DNA from: Pseudomonadota bacterium | Lineage (GTDB): Bacteria; Pseudomonadota; Alphaproteobacteria; Rickettsiales; UBA1997 | NCBI GenBank assembly: GCA_018970485.1 | Contig: JAGWWH010000005.1 | Coordinates: 1,403 to 65,402, forward strand | Direction: 5' to 3' | Length of the DNA: 64,000 nt | Shown here: piece after piece, positions 56,915 to 64,000 of the stretch | How positions within the stretch are numbered: position 1 is the first letter of the stretch | Layout of the letters: the number at the start of each line of letters is the position of its first letter | Program-made: the position numbers and the translations under genes | The notes under the pieces: generated by a model | Seen by the model: only the letters and a program-made list of their open reading frames with translations | Told to the model about the DNA's origin: nothing | Database searches by the model: none

Positions 56915-57926
56915 ACAACTTGGAAAATTCTCTTCTCTTACGACCTTTCCAAAATCCGCGGTGATAAGCGTCAGAAGCCAGCAAAGGAATTACCGAAGTC
57001 GCTTCTGCAAAAACCATTTGTTCGAAAGTGGTGTCAACTTTTCCCCAAGAGCAGGCCTCTTTCAATGTTGAGGATGAACAAGCGCCATCGCGTGAATCAG
57101 CAACTGTTATCTGGATTGCGTATTTGTGCATTTCCGCTTCAACGCCAAGAATTTCCGCGCAAACAACGGTATCCTGAACGAAGTTTTTCGGAACACCGCC
57201 ACCAACCATCAAAAGACCCGTGGTTCCGGCTTTAATTTTGATGTCGGTCAATTCTCTGAAGTCAGCAATTGAATCGATCGTCATGTGTTTTTTCGGATTT
57301 TTAACTTGATGAAGAACAAGTCCAAAACCAGCAGAAGAATCGGTGAAAGCTGGGCAGAAAATTGGCACATTGTGGTCGTAGCAAAGCTCAATCAGTGATT
57401 CTTTTTTCTTAGCATTCTTTTTCAGATATTTTCCCATTTCCCAAATGAACTCACGAGATGAGTAAGGACGAGCTTCCAGAGAGTTGGCGATTTTGAAAAT
57501 TACGTTGTCGCAATTTTGTAAATCTTTCTCGTCGATGTAGGTGTCGTAAATTCTGTCGATGTAATTTTTGCGAAGGAATTGATCATCGATGAAAGGCGTG
57601 CCTTGGTAATGCTTGAAGCCAAGCGCTTCGAAGAAATCCATATCGACGATGGAAGCGCCTGTTGCCACAACCGCATCGATCATGCCGAATTTAATCATGT
57701 CAGCGTAAACTTTCATGCAACCGCCCGCAGAGGTTGAGCCAGCTAGAGTAAGGATGTTGGAGCACTTCTTATCCTTAAGCATCATGTTAAAAATCTCAGT
57801 CGCTCTCGCCAAATCACGTGAAGTAAAGGACATGTGATCCATCTGATCGATGATCGGACGGGCATCAAAAGAAGTGATATCGATATGTTTTACTGGGCGC
57901 TTCAAAAGCTCTTTTTTCGTAACCAT
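56907..57926 (-). CDS. Deoxyhypusine synthase-like protein (probable homospermidine synthase)
   Basis: 339 aa with DHS-family blocks (LTLAGSTSAGG, DAVVATGASIVDMDFFEA, GGGVPKNF). Confidence 0.8.
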   Translation of the reverse strand: MVTKKELLKRPVKHIDITSFDARPIIDQMDHMSFTSRDLARATEIFNMMLKDKKCSNILTLAGSTSAGGCMKVYADMIKFGMIDAVVATGASIVDMDFFEALGFKHYQGTPFIDDQFLRKNYIDRIYDTYIDEKDLQNCDNVIFKIANSLEARPYSSREFIWEMGKYLKKNAKKKESLIELCYDHNVPIFCPAFTDSSAGFGLVLHQVKNPKKHMTIDSIADFRELTDIKIKAGTTGLLMVGGGVPKNFVQDTVVCAEILGVEAEMHKYAIQITVADSRDGACSSSTLKEACSWGKVDTTFEQMVFAEATSVIPLLASDAYHRGFWKGRKRREFSKLFK

Positions 57927-57953
57927 TTTTAGAGAAAGTTAGATGTTGATGGA

Positions 57954-58035
57954 GTCATGCTGAGCTCAGCCTGTCCTGAGCCCGTCGAAGGATCAAAGCC
58001 ATGGCCCTACCACCCTTCGACAAGCTCAGGGTGAC
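57954..58035. repeat. Family-B palindromic element (GTCATGCTGAGC...TCGAAGG / CCTTCGA...GCTCAGGGTGAC)
   Basis: gtcatgctgagctcagcctgtcctgagcccgtcgaagga...cccttcgacaagctcagggtgac, with inverted termini. Confidence 0.7.
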
Positions 58036-58049
58036 TTTTCGTTAATTGA

Positions 58050-59363
58050 TTATGCAGCAATCACTTCTGTTTCTGATTGCTCTTCATTTTCCAAATACAT
58101 TGAAACCAAAGGCTCGTCAGAAACTTCGATCTGAAGATTTTTATCAAAACCATTGAACTCAGTTCTGATGCTGCGTGAGTAAGCGCCGAGCTGGCCAATT
58201 TCGATGTAATCACCTTCAGAAATATTTTCCGGCAGTTGGAATGGACCCTTCATCACGTCAAGTGAATCGCAGGTTGGGCCGTAAAATCCGAAAGATGCGG
58301 TGTTGTTAGAAAGAGCTGCTTTGCCTCTAATGCGAAAACACTTGGTTGGATAAATAAAATTAGGAACGCCGGCATCAAACAAGCCTCCATATGTTCCATC
58401 ATTCAAGAAAAGCATGTTATTTTTTCTGCCTTCGACACGAACAAGAAGTGATCCCGCCTCGGCAACTAAAGCACGGCCTGGTTCGCACCAAATACGACAA
58501 TCAGAATCGAGTTTAAGTTGCGAAATCGAATCAAAAATTTCGTCGAAATAACTTTGTAGATTGGGTGGCGTCATTCCGGGATAAGAAGAAGGAAAGCCGC
58601 CGCCAATATCGAGAACATCAAGCTTCACTTTTGCCTTTTCGATCACGTCTTTAGTAATCATAAGCGCAGTGCGATATTGTGATGGATCCATGCATTGAGA
58701 ACCAACGTGGAAGCAAATGCCAAAATTTTTCGCTGCGGCTCTAACTTTACGAACCAAAGCAACTGCCTTTGAAGGAAGAATGCCAAATTTACGCGAAAGA
58801 TCGATTGCTGAGTGAGAATTTGGAATGGCCAAGCGCACATGCAAACCAAGGTCGCGGGCGTTTCCGGTGACTTCCAAAATTTTCTTTAATTCATCAAATG
58901 AATCGAGGGAAAAATCGCGAATTCCTTGATTGTAATAAGCCTCAAAAATTGACTCGCGCGACTTGACTGGGTGCATGAAATACATCTTGGCTTCATCGCC
59001 AAACAAACCTTTGATGAGGTTAATTTCTGCCATAGAAGCGACATCAAAATGTCTAATTCCTGAATCAAATAAATACCTCAAAACCGCAACGTCAGGATTG
59101 CTCTTCACCGAATAAAGAACGTCACTTTTGTTTTTTGAAGATTGAAAATTCTTTAAAAAGAAATGCGCCGCACGCTTGATAGAATCTGGGCGGATGAAAT
59201 AAACCGGGATTGAGGGCTTGGTAGAAAAAACCTCTTTTTTAACCGTTGTTAGAGCCGAATTTTTCGAGCCATTTTCTGCTTGGCTGAAATCCTTTTTCTG
59301 CGAAAAATCGAGATAGTGAATCTTGCCGTTTACTCTTCGATCTTGCTCTGGCTCTTGTTCCAT
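58050..59363 (-). CDS. Ornithine (lysine/ornithine) decarboxylase, alanine-racemase-fold PLP enzyme
   Basis: YSVKSNP (PLP Lys), DIGGGFP, CEPGRALV, GPTCDSLD. Confidence 0.85.
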   Translation of the reverse strand: MEQEPEQDRRVNGKIHYLDFSQKKDFSQAENGSKNSALTTVKKEVFSTKPSIPVYFIRPDSIKRAAHFFLKNFQSSKNKSDVLYSVKSNPDVAVLRYLFDSGIRHFDVASMAEINLIKGLFGDEAKMYFMHPVKSRESIFEAYYNQGIRDFSLDSFDELKKILEVTGNARDLGLHVRLAIPNSHSAIDLSRKFGILPSKAVALVRKVRAAAKNFGICFHVGSQCMDPSQYRTALMITKDVIEKAKVKLDVLDIGGGFPSSYPGMTPPNLQSYFDEIFDSISQLKLDSDCRIWCEPGRALVAEAGSLLVRVEGRKNNMLFLNDGTYGGLFDAGVPNFIYPTKCFRIRGKAALSNNTASFGFYGPTCDSLDVMKGPFQLPENISEGDYIEIGQLGAYSRSIRTEFNGFDKNLQIEVSDEPLVSMYLENEEQSETEVIAA

Positions 59364-59628
59364 TTCTTTTTGAGTTAAAATTTAACAGGATTTCTTAGCC
59401 TTACGGAACCAATATTGACGCGATTTCGTGAGGGGTTTTTCTAAGCCTTTTTTTAAAAAAAGAGCGCGGCAACGTATGAATGAATTTTTATTTGTAAATT
59501 AAAAATTATACCCCTCGCGAACCCAGTAGAATCAAGGGCTCGCGAGGTTTTGTCTTACTCTCTCTAGAACTCATTTTTTGATCAAAAATAAGTAAGAAAT
59601 TTTTTACGCCAAAATAAGCAAAAAATTT

Positions 59629-60546
59629 CTACTTTGTGGCAACTAAGTGACGGAAAATTTGTTCTAAATCTGGCTGCCTAGTTGAGATGTCTTTAATGCA
59701 AATTTTTTCACCCGCGACGATTCGTAAAATTTCTGCGACTTCAATTTTTGTTGGATCGTAAGTGATCGAAATCTTGTCCTTTGCCAAAAGTTTTGTTGTC
59801 AACGAAGGCAAAAGAGAAGCCATGTCAGAGCTGATTTCGTCAGCTGCATCGATTATTAATTCTTTGCTCGAAAGCAGCTTCATTAAATTTTCTGTTCGAT
59901 CATTTGCGATCACTTGTCCGTGATTAATTACAGCAATTTCATCGCATAATTTTTCTGCTTCTTCGAGGTAATGCGTAGTTAACAAAATCGTCGTTCCAGC
60001 CTGATTTAATTTTCTAACGTAATCCCAAAGTTGATTGCGCAACTCAACATCCACTCCGGCTGTTGGCTCATCCAAAACAAGAATTTCTGGATTATGCACC
60101 AAGGCTTTTGCAACGAGCAGGCGGCGACGCATTCCCCCGGAAAGACTTCTGGGCGTAGCAGTTGCTTTATCCTGCAATCCGAGCGCTTTGATAATTTCGT
60201 CAGTGCGACGATCAGCTTTTCTCACCCCGAAATATCCGGCATAAATTTCCAAAGTTTCGCGCACATTAAAAAATGGATCGATGACCAATTCTTGCGGCAC
60301 AATTCCAATTTTGAATTTGGTCGCTTGTTGATTTTCATCAATGTCGATCCCGCCAATTTTAACCGTGCCCGAGCTTTTATTTACTAGTCCGGCGAGAATA
60401 TTAATGATCGTCGATTTCCCCGCGCCATTCGGACCAAGCAAGCCAAAAAATGATCCTTTTTTAATTTTTAAATCGACCGATTTCAGAGCAACTTTTGCTC
60501 CTTTTTTGTAAGTCTTGCCGAGTTTGTTTATTTCAATTGCGAACAT
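59629..60546 (-). CDS. ABC-2-type transporter ATP-binding protein
   Basis: GPNGAGKST, LSGGMRRRLLVAKAL, ILVLDEPTAGVD. No adjacent permease gene. Confidence 0.85.
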   Translation of the reverse strand: MFAIEINKLGKTYKKGAKVALKSVDLKIKKGSFFGLLGPNGAGKSTIINILAGLVNKSSGTVKIGGIDIDENQQATKFKIGIVPQELVIDPFFNVRETLEIYAGYFGVRKADRRTDEIIKALGLQDKATATPRSLSGGMRRRLLVAKALVHNPEILVLDEPTAGVDVELRNQLWDYVRKLNQAGTTILLTTHYLEEAEKLCDEIAVINHGQVIANDRTENLMKLLSSKELIIDAADEISSDMASLLPSLTTKLLAKDKISITYDPTKIEVAEILRIVAGEKICIKDISTRQPDLEQIFRHLVATK

Positions 60547-60968
60547 GTTGGAATTTTATTTAAGACTCGCGCCACGCCGTCACGATCTACAACGTAAGTA
60601 GTTGGCACAGAATCAATTTTAGGAAAATTATTTTCACTCGCGTCAACGAGTAACGCATTGGGATAACTAACCTTCTGCGCCTTTATTAAAACATCTTTGA
60701 GAGATTTTTTACGATCAACACTCAGACCAATAATTTCGAAATCTGTTCCTCGACATTCTTTGCTCATTTCTTCAAGCGCGATCATTTCAAGGGCGCATTC
60801 CTTGCACCAATAAGCCCAAAAATTCACGACAACAATCTTGCCGCGCTTTTCTTTGAGATCGAAATTTTTGCCGTCAAAAGTGGTGACGACTAACTTAGCT
60901 TCATCGCTTGCCAATGCTGGCTTGGTCACAAAGAAGAATAATAATATTAAGGAAGAAATTGTTCTCAT
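60528..60968 (-). CDS. TlpA/ResA-like periplasmic thiol:disulfide oxidoreductase
   Basis: Signal peptide and VVVNFWAYWCKECALEM (a CxxC motif in a thioredoxin fold). Confidence 0.8.
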   Translation of the reverse strand: MRTISSLILLFFFVTKPALASDEAKLVVTTFDGKNFDLKEKRGKIVVVNFWAYWCKECALEMIALEEMSKECRGTDFEIIGLSVDRKKSLKDVLIKAQKVSYPNALLVDASENNFPKIDSVPTTYVVDRDGVARVLNKIPTCSQLK

Positions 60969-61000
60969 TTAGAGTTAATTATTTTCTCTTTTCTCTCCGC

Positions 61001-61085
61001 GTCATCGCAGCACAGGCGGGGATCCAGGATAACAAATTCAGAGCAAGAGTTGGTCATTCCTAGATTCCCGCCTGCGCGGGAATGA
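61001..61085. repeat. Family-A double-hairpin palindromic element (intergenic)
   Basis: gtcatcgcagcacaggcggggatcc...ggtcattcctagattcccgcctgcgcgggaatga, colinear with the comEC-internal copy. Confidence 0.75.
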
Positions 61086-61098
61086 AATATTCAAGTAT

Positions 61099-61836
61099 TT
61101 ACAGAAACTCTTGCACAAGAGTCAGAGCTGAAATCATCGCGGTATCCGCCCTTAGAATTCGTGGTCCAAGAGAGATTGAAAAAAGATTTTTGAGCTGACG
61201 CATTTTAGCAAATTCACTTTCCGAGAATCCGCCTTCCGGTCCAATCAGAATCACGATTTCTTTTTCTTGGTCACGCTGAGCCTGTCGAAGCGTCGGTAAA
61301 ATCAAACTCGCCTTCAAACCTTGCCCAGACTCATCGCAGAGAATCAAAATCTTTTCCTTGGTCTCTTCTTCGTTTAAAAATTTCTCCAATTTTTTAGGCG
61401 GAAAAATTTCTGGAAAATCATTTCTCTCGCATTGCTCACAAGCCTCTTTTGCATTGGCGCGAAAGCGTTCGAGATTAATTTTATCGACGATTGTTCTTTG
61501 AGTTAAAATCGGCTGAAACCTTGCCACTCCGAGTTCTGTCGCCTTCTCCGCAATAAAATCAATGCGCACATTTTTTATCGGCGCGAAGGCTAAAGTGACG
61601 TTTGGAACTTTTTTTAATTCAGAAATTTTCTCGCCGATTTCGGCAGTTAAATATTTTTTTTCGACAGCAGTTATTTGCGCGACAAACTCACCATCAACGC
61701 CATTAAACACAAAAAAACGATCGCCCACTTTTTGGCGCATCACTTTGATTAAATAATCGAAATCATTGTCACAAAGCTTGATTGTTGTGCCCAGATCGAG
61801 ATTATCTTTCGCAACAAAAAGACGAATTTTTTTCAT
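61099..61836 (-). CDS. rsmE: 16S rRNA (uracil1498-N3)-methyltransferase RsmE
   Basis: MRQKVGDRFFVFNG, and the C-terminal ILIGPEGGFSESE...LGPRILRADTA. Confidence 0.85.
   Translation of the reverse strand: MKKIRLFVAKDNLDLGTTIKLCDNDFDYLIKVMRQKVGDRFFVFNGVDGEFVAQITAVEKKYLTAEIGEKISELKKVPNVTLAFAPIKNVRIDFIAEKATELGVARFQPILTQRTIVDKINLERFRANAKEACEQCERNDFPEIFPPKKLEKFLNEEETKEKILILCDESGQGLKASLILPTLRQAQRDQEKEIVILIGPEGGFSESEFAKMRQLKNLFSISLGPRILRADTAMISALTLVQEFL
61269..61292. repeat. Family-B repeat arm embedded in frame in rsmE
   Basis: ggtcacgctgagcctgtcgaagcg matches the arm gtcatgctgagc..cgtcgaagg at 57954. Translated as LRQAQRDQ. Confidence 0.5.
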
Positions 61837-61859
61837 TTTTACAAAATTTTCATTGGCTC

Positions 61860-62786
61860 ATGAATCTACGAACTCGAAGAAAAATTGAAAGCGCCGGAGT
61901 CTTTACTCTCTCGCTCACTGCAGGTATTGGGATTTTAATCACTCTCGCCGTCACTACCTCAATTTTGTTTGAAGCGATTCGATTTTTCGAATTGATAAAT
62001 CCTTTTGATTTTCTTTTTGGAACCTCCTGGAACCCACAAATGGCAATGACTTCTGAGCAAGAGGTTGGGGCAAGTTCGTTTGGTTCAGTGCCGGTTTTTC
62101 TTGGCACTTTACTAATCACGCTGATTGCGATGATGGTCTCTGTGCCCTTGGGAATCATGGGCGCAGTGCATTTATCTTTTTACTCAAAACCAAAAACTCG
62201 CGATTACTTAAAGCCAATTCTCGAAATTCTCGCCGGCGTTCCCACCGTTGTTTACGGCTATTTCGCCGTGATTTTTGTCGCACCATTTTTCAAACATTTC
62301 TTCACCAGCCTTGGGATTGAAATTGCCTCCGAAAGCGCTCTAGCTGCAGGTTTTGTGATGGGAATAATGATCATTCCTTTCGTTTTATCGCTCACTGACG
62401 ACGCCTTAAATTCCGTTCCGCAAACCTTAAAAGACGGAGCCTTAGCCCTTGGCAGCACTAAATCTGAAATGATTAAAAAAGTTGTTCTCCCCGCCGCAAC
62501 TCCCTCAATCGTTGGTGCCTTAATTCTCGCCATTTCGCGCGCAATCGGCGAAACAATGATTGTCGTCATGGCCGCCGGTCTGATCGCCAAACTCACCTTC
62601 AATCCCCTCGATTCCGTAACCACCGCCACCGCGCAAATCGTCACGCTTTTGGTGGGCGATCAAGAATTCAACAGTCCCAAAACCCTCGCCGCCTTCGCCC
62701 TAGCGCTGACGCTCTTCGTCATCACTTTCATCTTCAACATCGTCGCCCTCGCCGTGATCAAGAATTACAAGAAAAAATATGGATAA
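61860..62786 (+). CDS. pstC: Phosphate ABC transporter permease PstC
   Basis: Six-TM BPD permease with the EAA-like loop ALGSTKSEMIKKVVLPAATPSIVGA. The start is trimmed to MNLRTRRKIE. Confidence 0.85.
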   Translation: MNLRTRRKIESAGVFTLSLTAGIGILITLAVTTSILFEAIRFFELINPFDFLFGTSWNPQMAMTSEQEVGASSFGSVPVFLGTLLITLIAMMVSVPLGIMGAVHLSFYSKPKTRDYLKPILEILAGVPTVVYGYFAVIFVAPFFKHFFTSLGIEIASESALAAGFVMGIMIIPFVLSLTDDALNSVPQTLKDGALALGSTKSEMIKKVVLPAATPSIVGALILAISRAIGETMIVVMAAGLIAKLTFNPLDSVTTATAQIVTLLVGDQEFNSPKTLAAFALALTLFVITFIFNIVALAVIKNYKKKYG

Positions 62787-63516
62787 ACCTCGATCCAACT
62801 ATTCAGATTATATTATTTTTATCGATGAAAGTGGTGACCACGGACTAGCAAATATCGATAACGGATATCCAATATTTGTTTTGGTTTTTGCGGTAATAAA
62901 AAAATCCGACTACATCGATAAAATTGCGCCAAACTTTCAGAAGCTGAAGTTTGATTATTTCGGACATGATCAAGTGATTTTTCATGAACACGACATTCGC
63001 AAAGAGCAAGGGGTATTTAGCGTTCTGCGTACCAACTCTAAATTAAGAGAAAATTTTATTAGCGACTTAAGTCTGCTAATGAAGGAGTGTCCATTCACGT
63101 TTTTTGCATCCATCGTCAACAAAGAAGACCTGCGAAAAAGATATATCAATCCAAACAATCCTTATGAAATAGGAATGCTATTTTGCGCCGAGAAAAGCTT
63201 GGAATTTCTTTTGTCTCAACAGCAACAAAATAAAAAAGTTCATCTGGTGATTGAGGGTAGAGGCAATAAAGAAAATAGAGAACTAGAGCTGGAGTTCAGG
63301 AGGATTTGCGATAATCAGTCAAAAATTTACAGCGCCAGCAATTTTAAGCAGATGGATTTGGAGCTGATCTACTCGGACAAAAAAACAAACTCTGTAGGAT
63401 TACAAATTGCAGATTTAATAGCCCGCCCACTCGGAATAAATAAATTAAGGCCAGAACAAAATAACCGCGCTTACAAAACGATAGCGGACAAAGGAGTGGT
63501 GAAAATTTTTCCTTAA
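62779..63516 (+). CDS. DUF3800-family protein
   Basis: IIFIDESGDHG N-terminal motif and the C-terminal VGLQIADLIARP motif, both characteristic of DUF3800. ATGGATAA overlap with the pstC stop. Confidence 0.75.
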   Translation: MDKPRSNYSDYIIFIDESGDHGLANIDNGYPIFVLVFAVIKKSDYIDKIAPNFQKLKFDYFGHDQVIFHEHDIRKEQGVFSVLRTNSKLRENFISDLSLLMKECPFTFFASIVNKEDLRKRYINPNNPYEIGMLFCAEKSLEFLLSQQQQNKKVHLVIEGRGNKENRELELEFRRICDNQSKIYSASNFKQMDLELIYSDKKTNSVGLQIADLIARPLGINKLRPEQNNRAYKTIADKGVVKIFP

Positions 63517-63628
63517 CTACAAAAAAACAAACGGCCTCGAGTTAATACTCAAGACCGTTTGTCGACCGGGAAAAGCCCAATCCTTGCACGCCAAGTTATA
63601 AAGGAGATTCAAAACATCAATCTAGAGA

Positions 63629-64000
63629 ATGAGTAGTAAAATCAAAAACCTAAAAAAACGTAACGCCGCGGAGTTGCGTTTTAAGCTGTTTGGCAGCGCT
63701 TCGATTGCATTTGCTGTCGCATTTTTGGCGATCTTATTTGTGACGATTTTTAGCAAAGCTTCTGGTGCTTTTTGGCGCACAGAAATTGCACTCGAAATTA
63801 GCGCGACCGAAGATTATCGCCAAGCAATCAAAGATGCTTTGAGGCAGAGATTTCCTGATGCCAAGACGATTCCAGAAATTAATTCTCTCTACCAAATCGT
63901 TAGCAAAGTCAGCAATTTAGAAGCGAAAGATCAGGCCGAAAAACAAAAAATTTGGGTCAGCGCCTCTTCAAAAATCGACCTATTTTTTAAGCACAACAAT
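63629..64000 (+). CDS. pstA: Phosphate ABC transporter permease PstA, N-terminal part (runs off the window)
   Basis: My own translation is MSSKIKNLKKRNAAELRFKLFGSASIAFAVAFLAILFVTIFSKASGAFWRTEIALEI... This is the N-terminus of long-form alphaproteobacterial PstA, and it follows pstC. Confidence 0.7.
   Translation, partial: MSSKIKNLKKRNAAELRFKLFGSASIAFAVAFLAILFVTIFSKASGAFWRTEIALEISATEDYRQAIKDALRQRFPDAKTIPEINSLYQIVSKVSNLEAKDQAEKQKIWVSASSKIDLFFKHNN

Noticed and set aside
59364-59628. The 265-bp intergenic region upstream of the decarboxylase gene as a riboswitch or sRNA. It contains the hairpin cctcgcgaaccc...gggctcgcgagg.
   Set aside because: I found only one clear stem-loop, which is plausibly the terminator of the upstream ABC ATPase gene. 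I cannot match the sequence to any known riboswitch consensus by eye, and it would need a covariance-model scan.
14412-61085. The GC-rich palindromic repeats as a CRISPR array or as MITEs belonging to an IS element in the window.
   Set aside because: The copies are dispersed tens of kb apart rather than regularly spaced with unique spacers. No cas genes or transposase ORF are present. I could not identify consistent target-site duplications by eye.

Overview
This 64-kb chromosomal segment looks like it comes from a low-GC intracellular alphaproteobacterium with Rickettsiales/Holosporales-like architecture. Supporting signs are scattered rvh-style type IV secretion genes, a stand-alone tRNA-Ile(GAU), densely packed genes with overlapping stops and starts, and many short palindromic repeats. 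That taxonomic placement is inference from gene content only.

The backbone is housekeeping:
- Central metabolism and biosynthesis: sucAB, thrC, metZ-yajQ-thiS, birA, ilvH, a class IV aminotransferase, an SDR, ccoG, and a deoxyhypusine-synthase-like gene next to an ornithine decarboxylase.
- Translation and RNA: typA, prfA, metG, rpmA/rplU, rplY, smpB, miaA, rsmE, rppH, plus four tRNAs (Met-CAU, Glu-UUC, Leu-UAG, Ile-GAU).
- DNA and stress: holC, recG, recO, xerD, htpG, bcp.
- Envelope: lptFG, a PBP1A, lpxD, a porin, dsbA/tlpA-like oxidoreductases, ABC ATPases, pstC/pstA.

Accessory or unusual content is interspersed:
- Two VirB4 paralogs and an orphan VirB11.
- Several eukaryote-like candidate effector genes: an RNI-type LRR gene and an ARM-repeat gene (each split by in-frame stop codons), a DOT1-like methyltransferase and a Ulp1/CE-clan cysteine protease.
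- A pilin-like LamG protein.
- A four-gene lipoprotein operon (LPP20/CsgG-like).
- A DUF3800 gene wedged between pstC and pstA.
- At least three families of short palindromic or heptamer repeats. Some copies sit in frame inside comEC, recG and rsmE, which resembles the behaviour of Rickettsia palindromic elements.

I saw no rRNA, CRISPR array, transposase or prophage.
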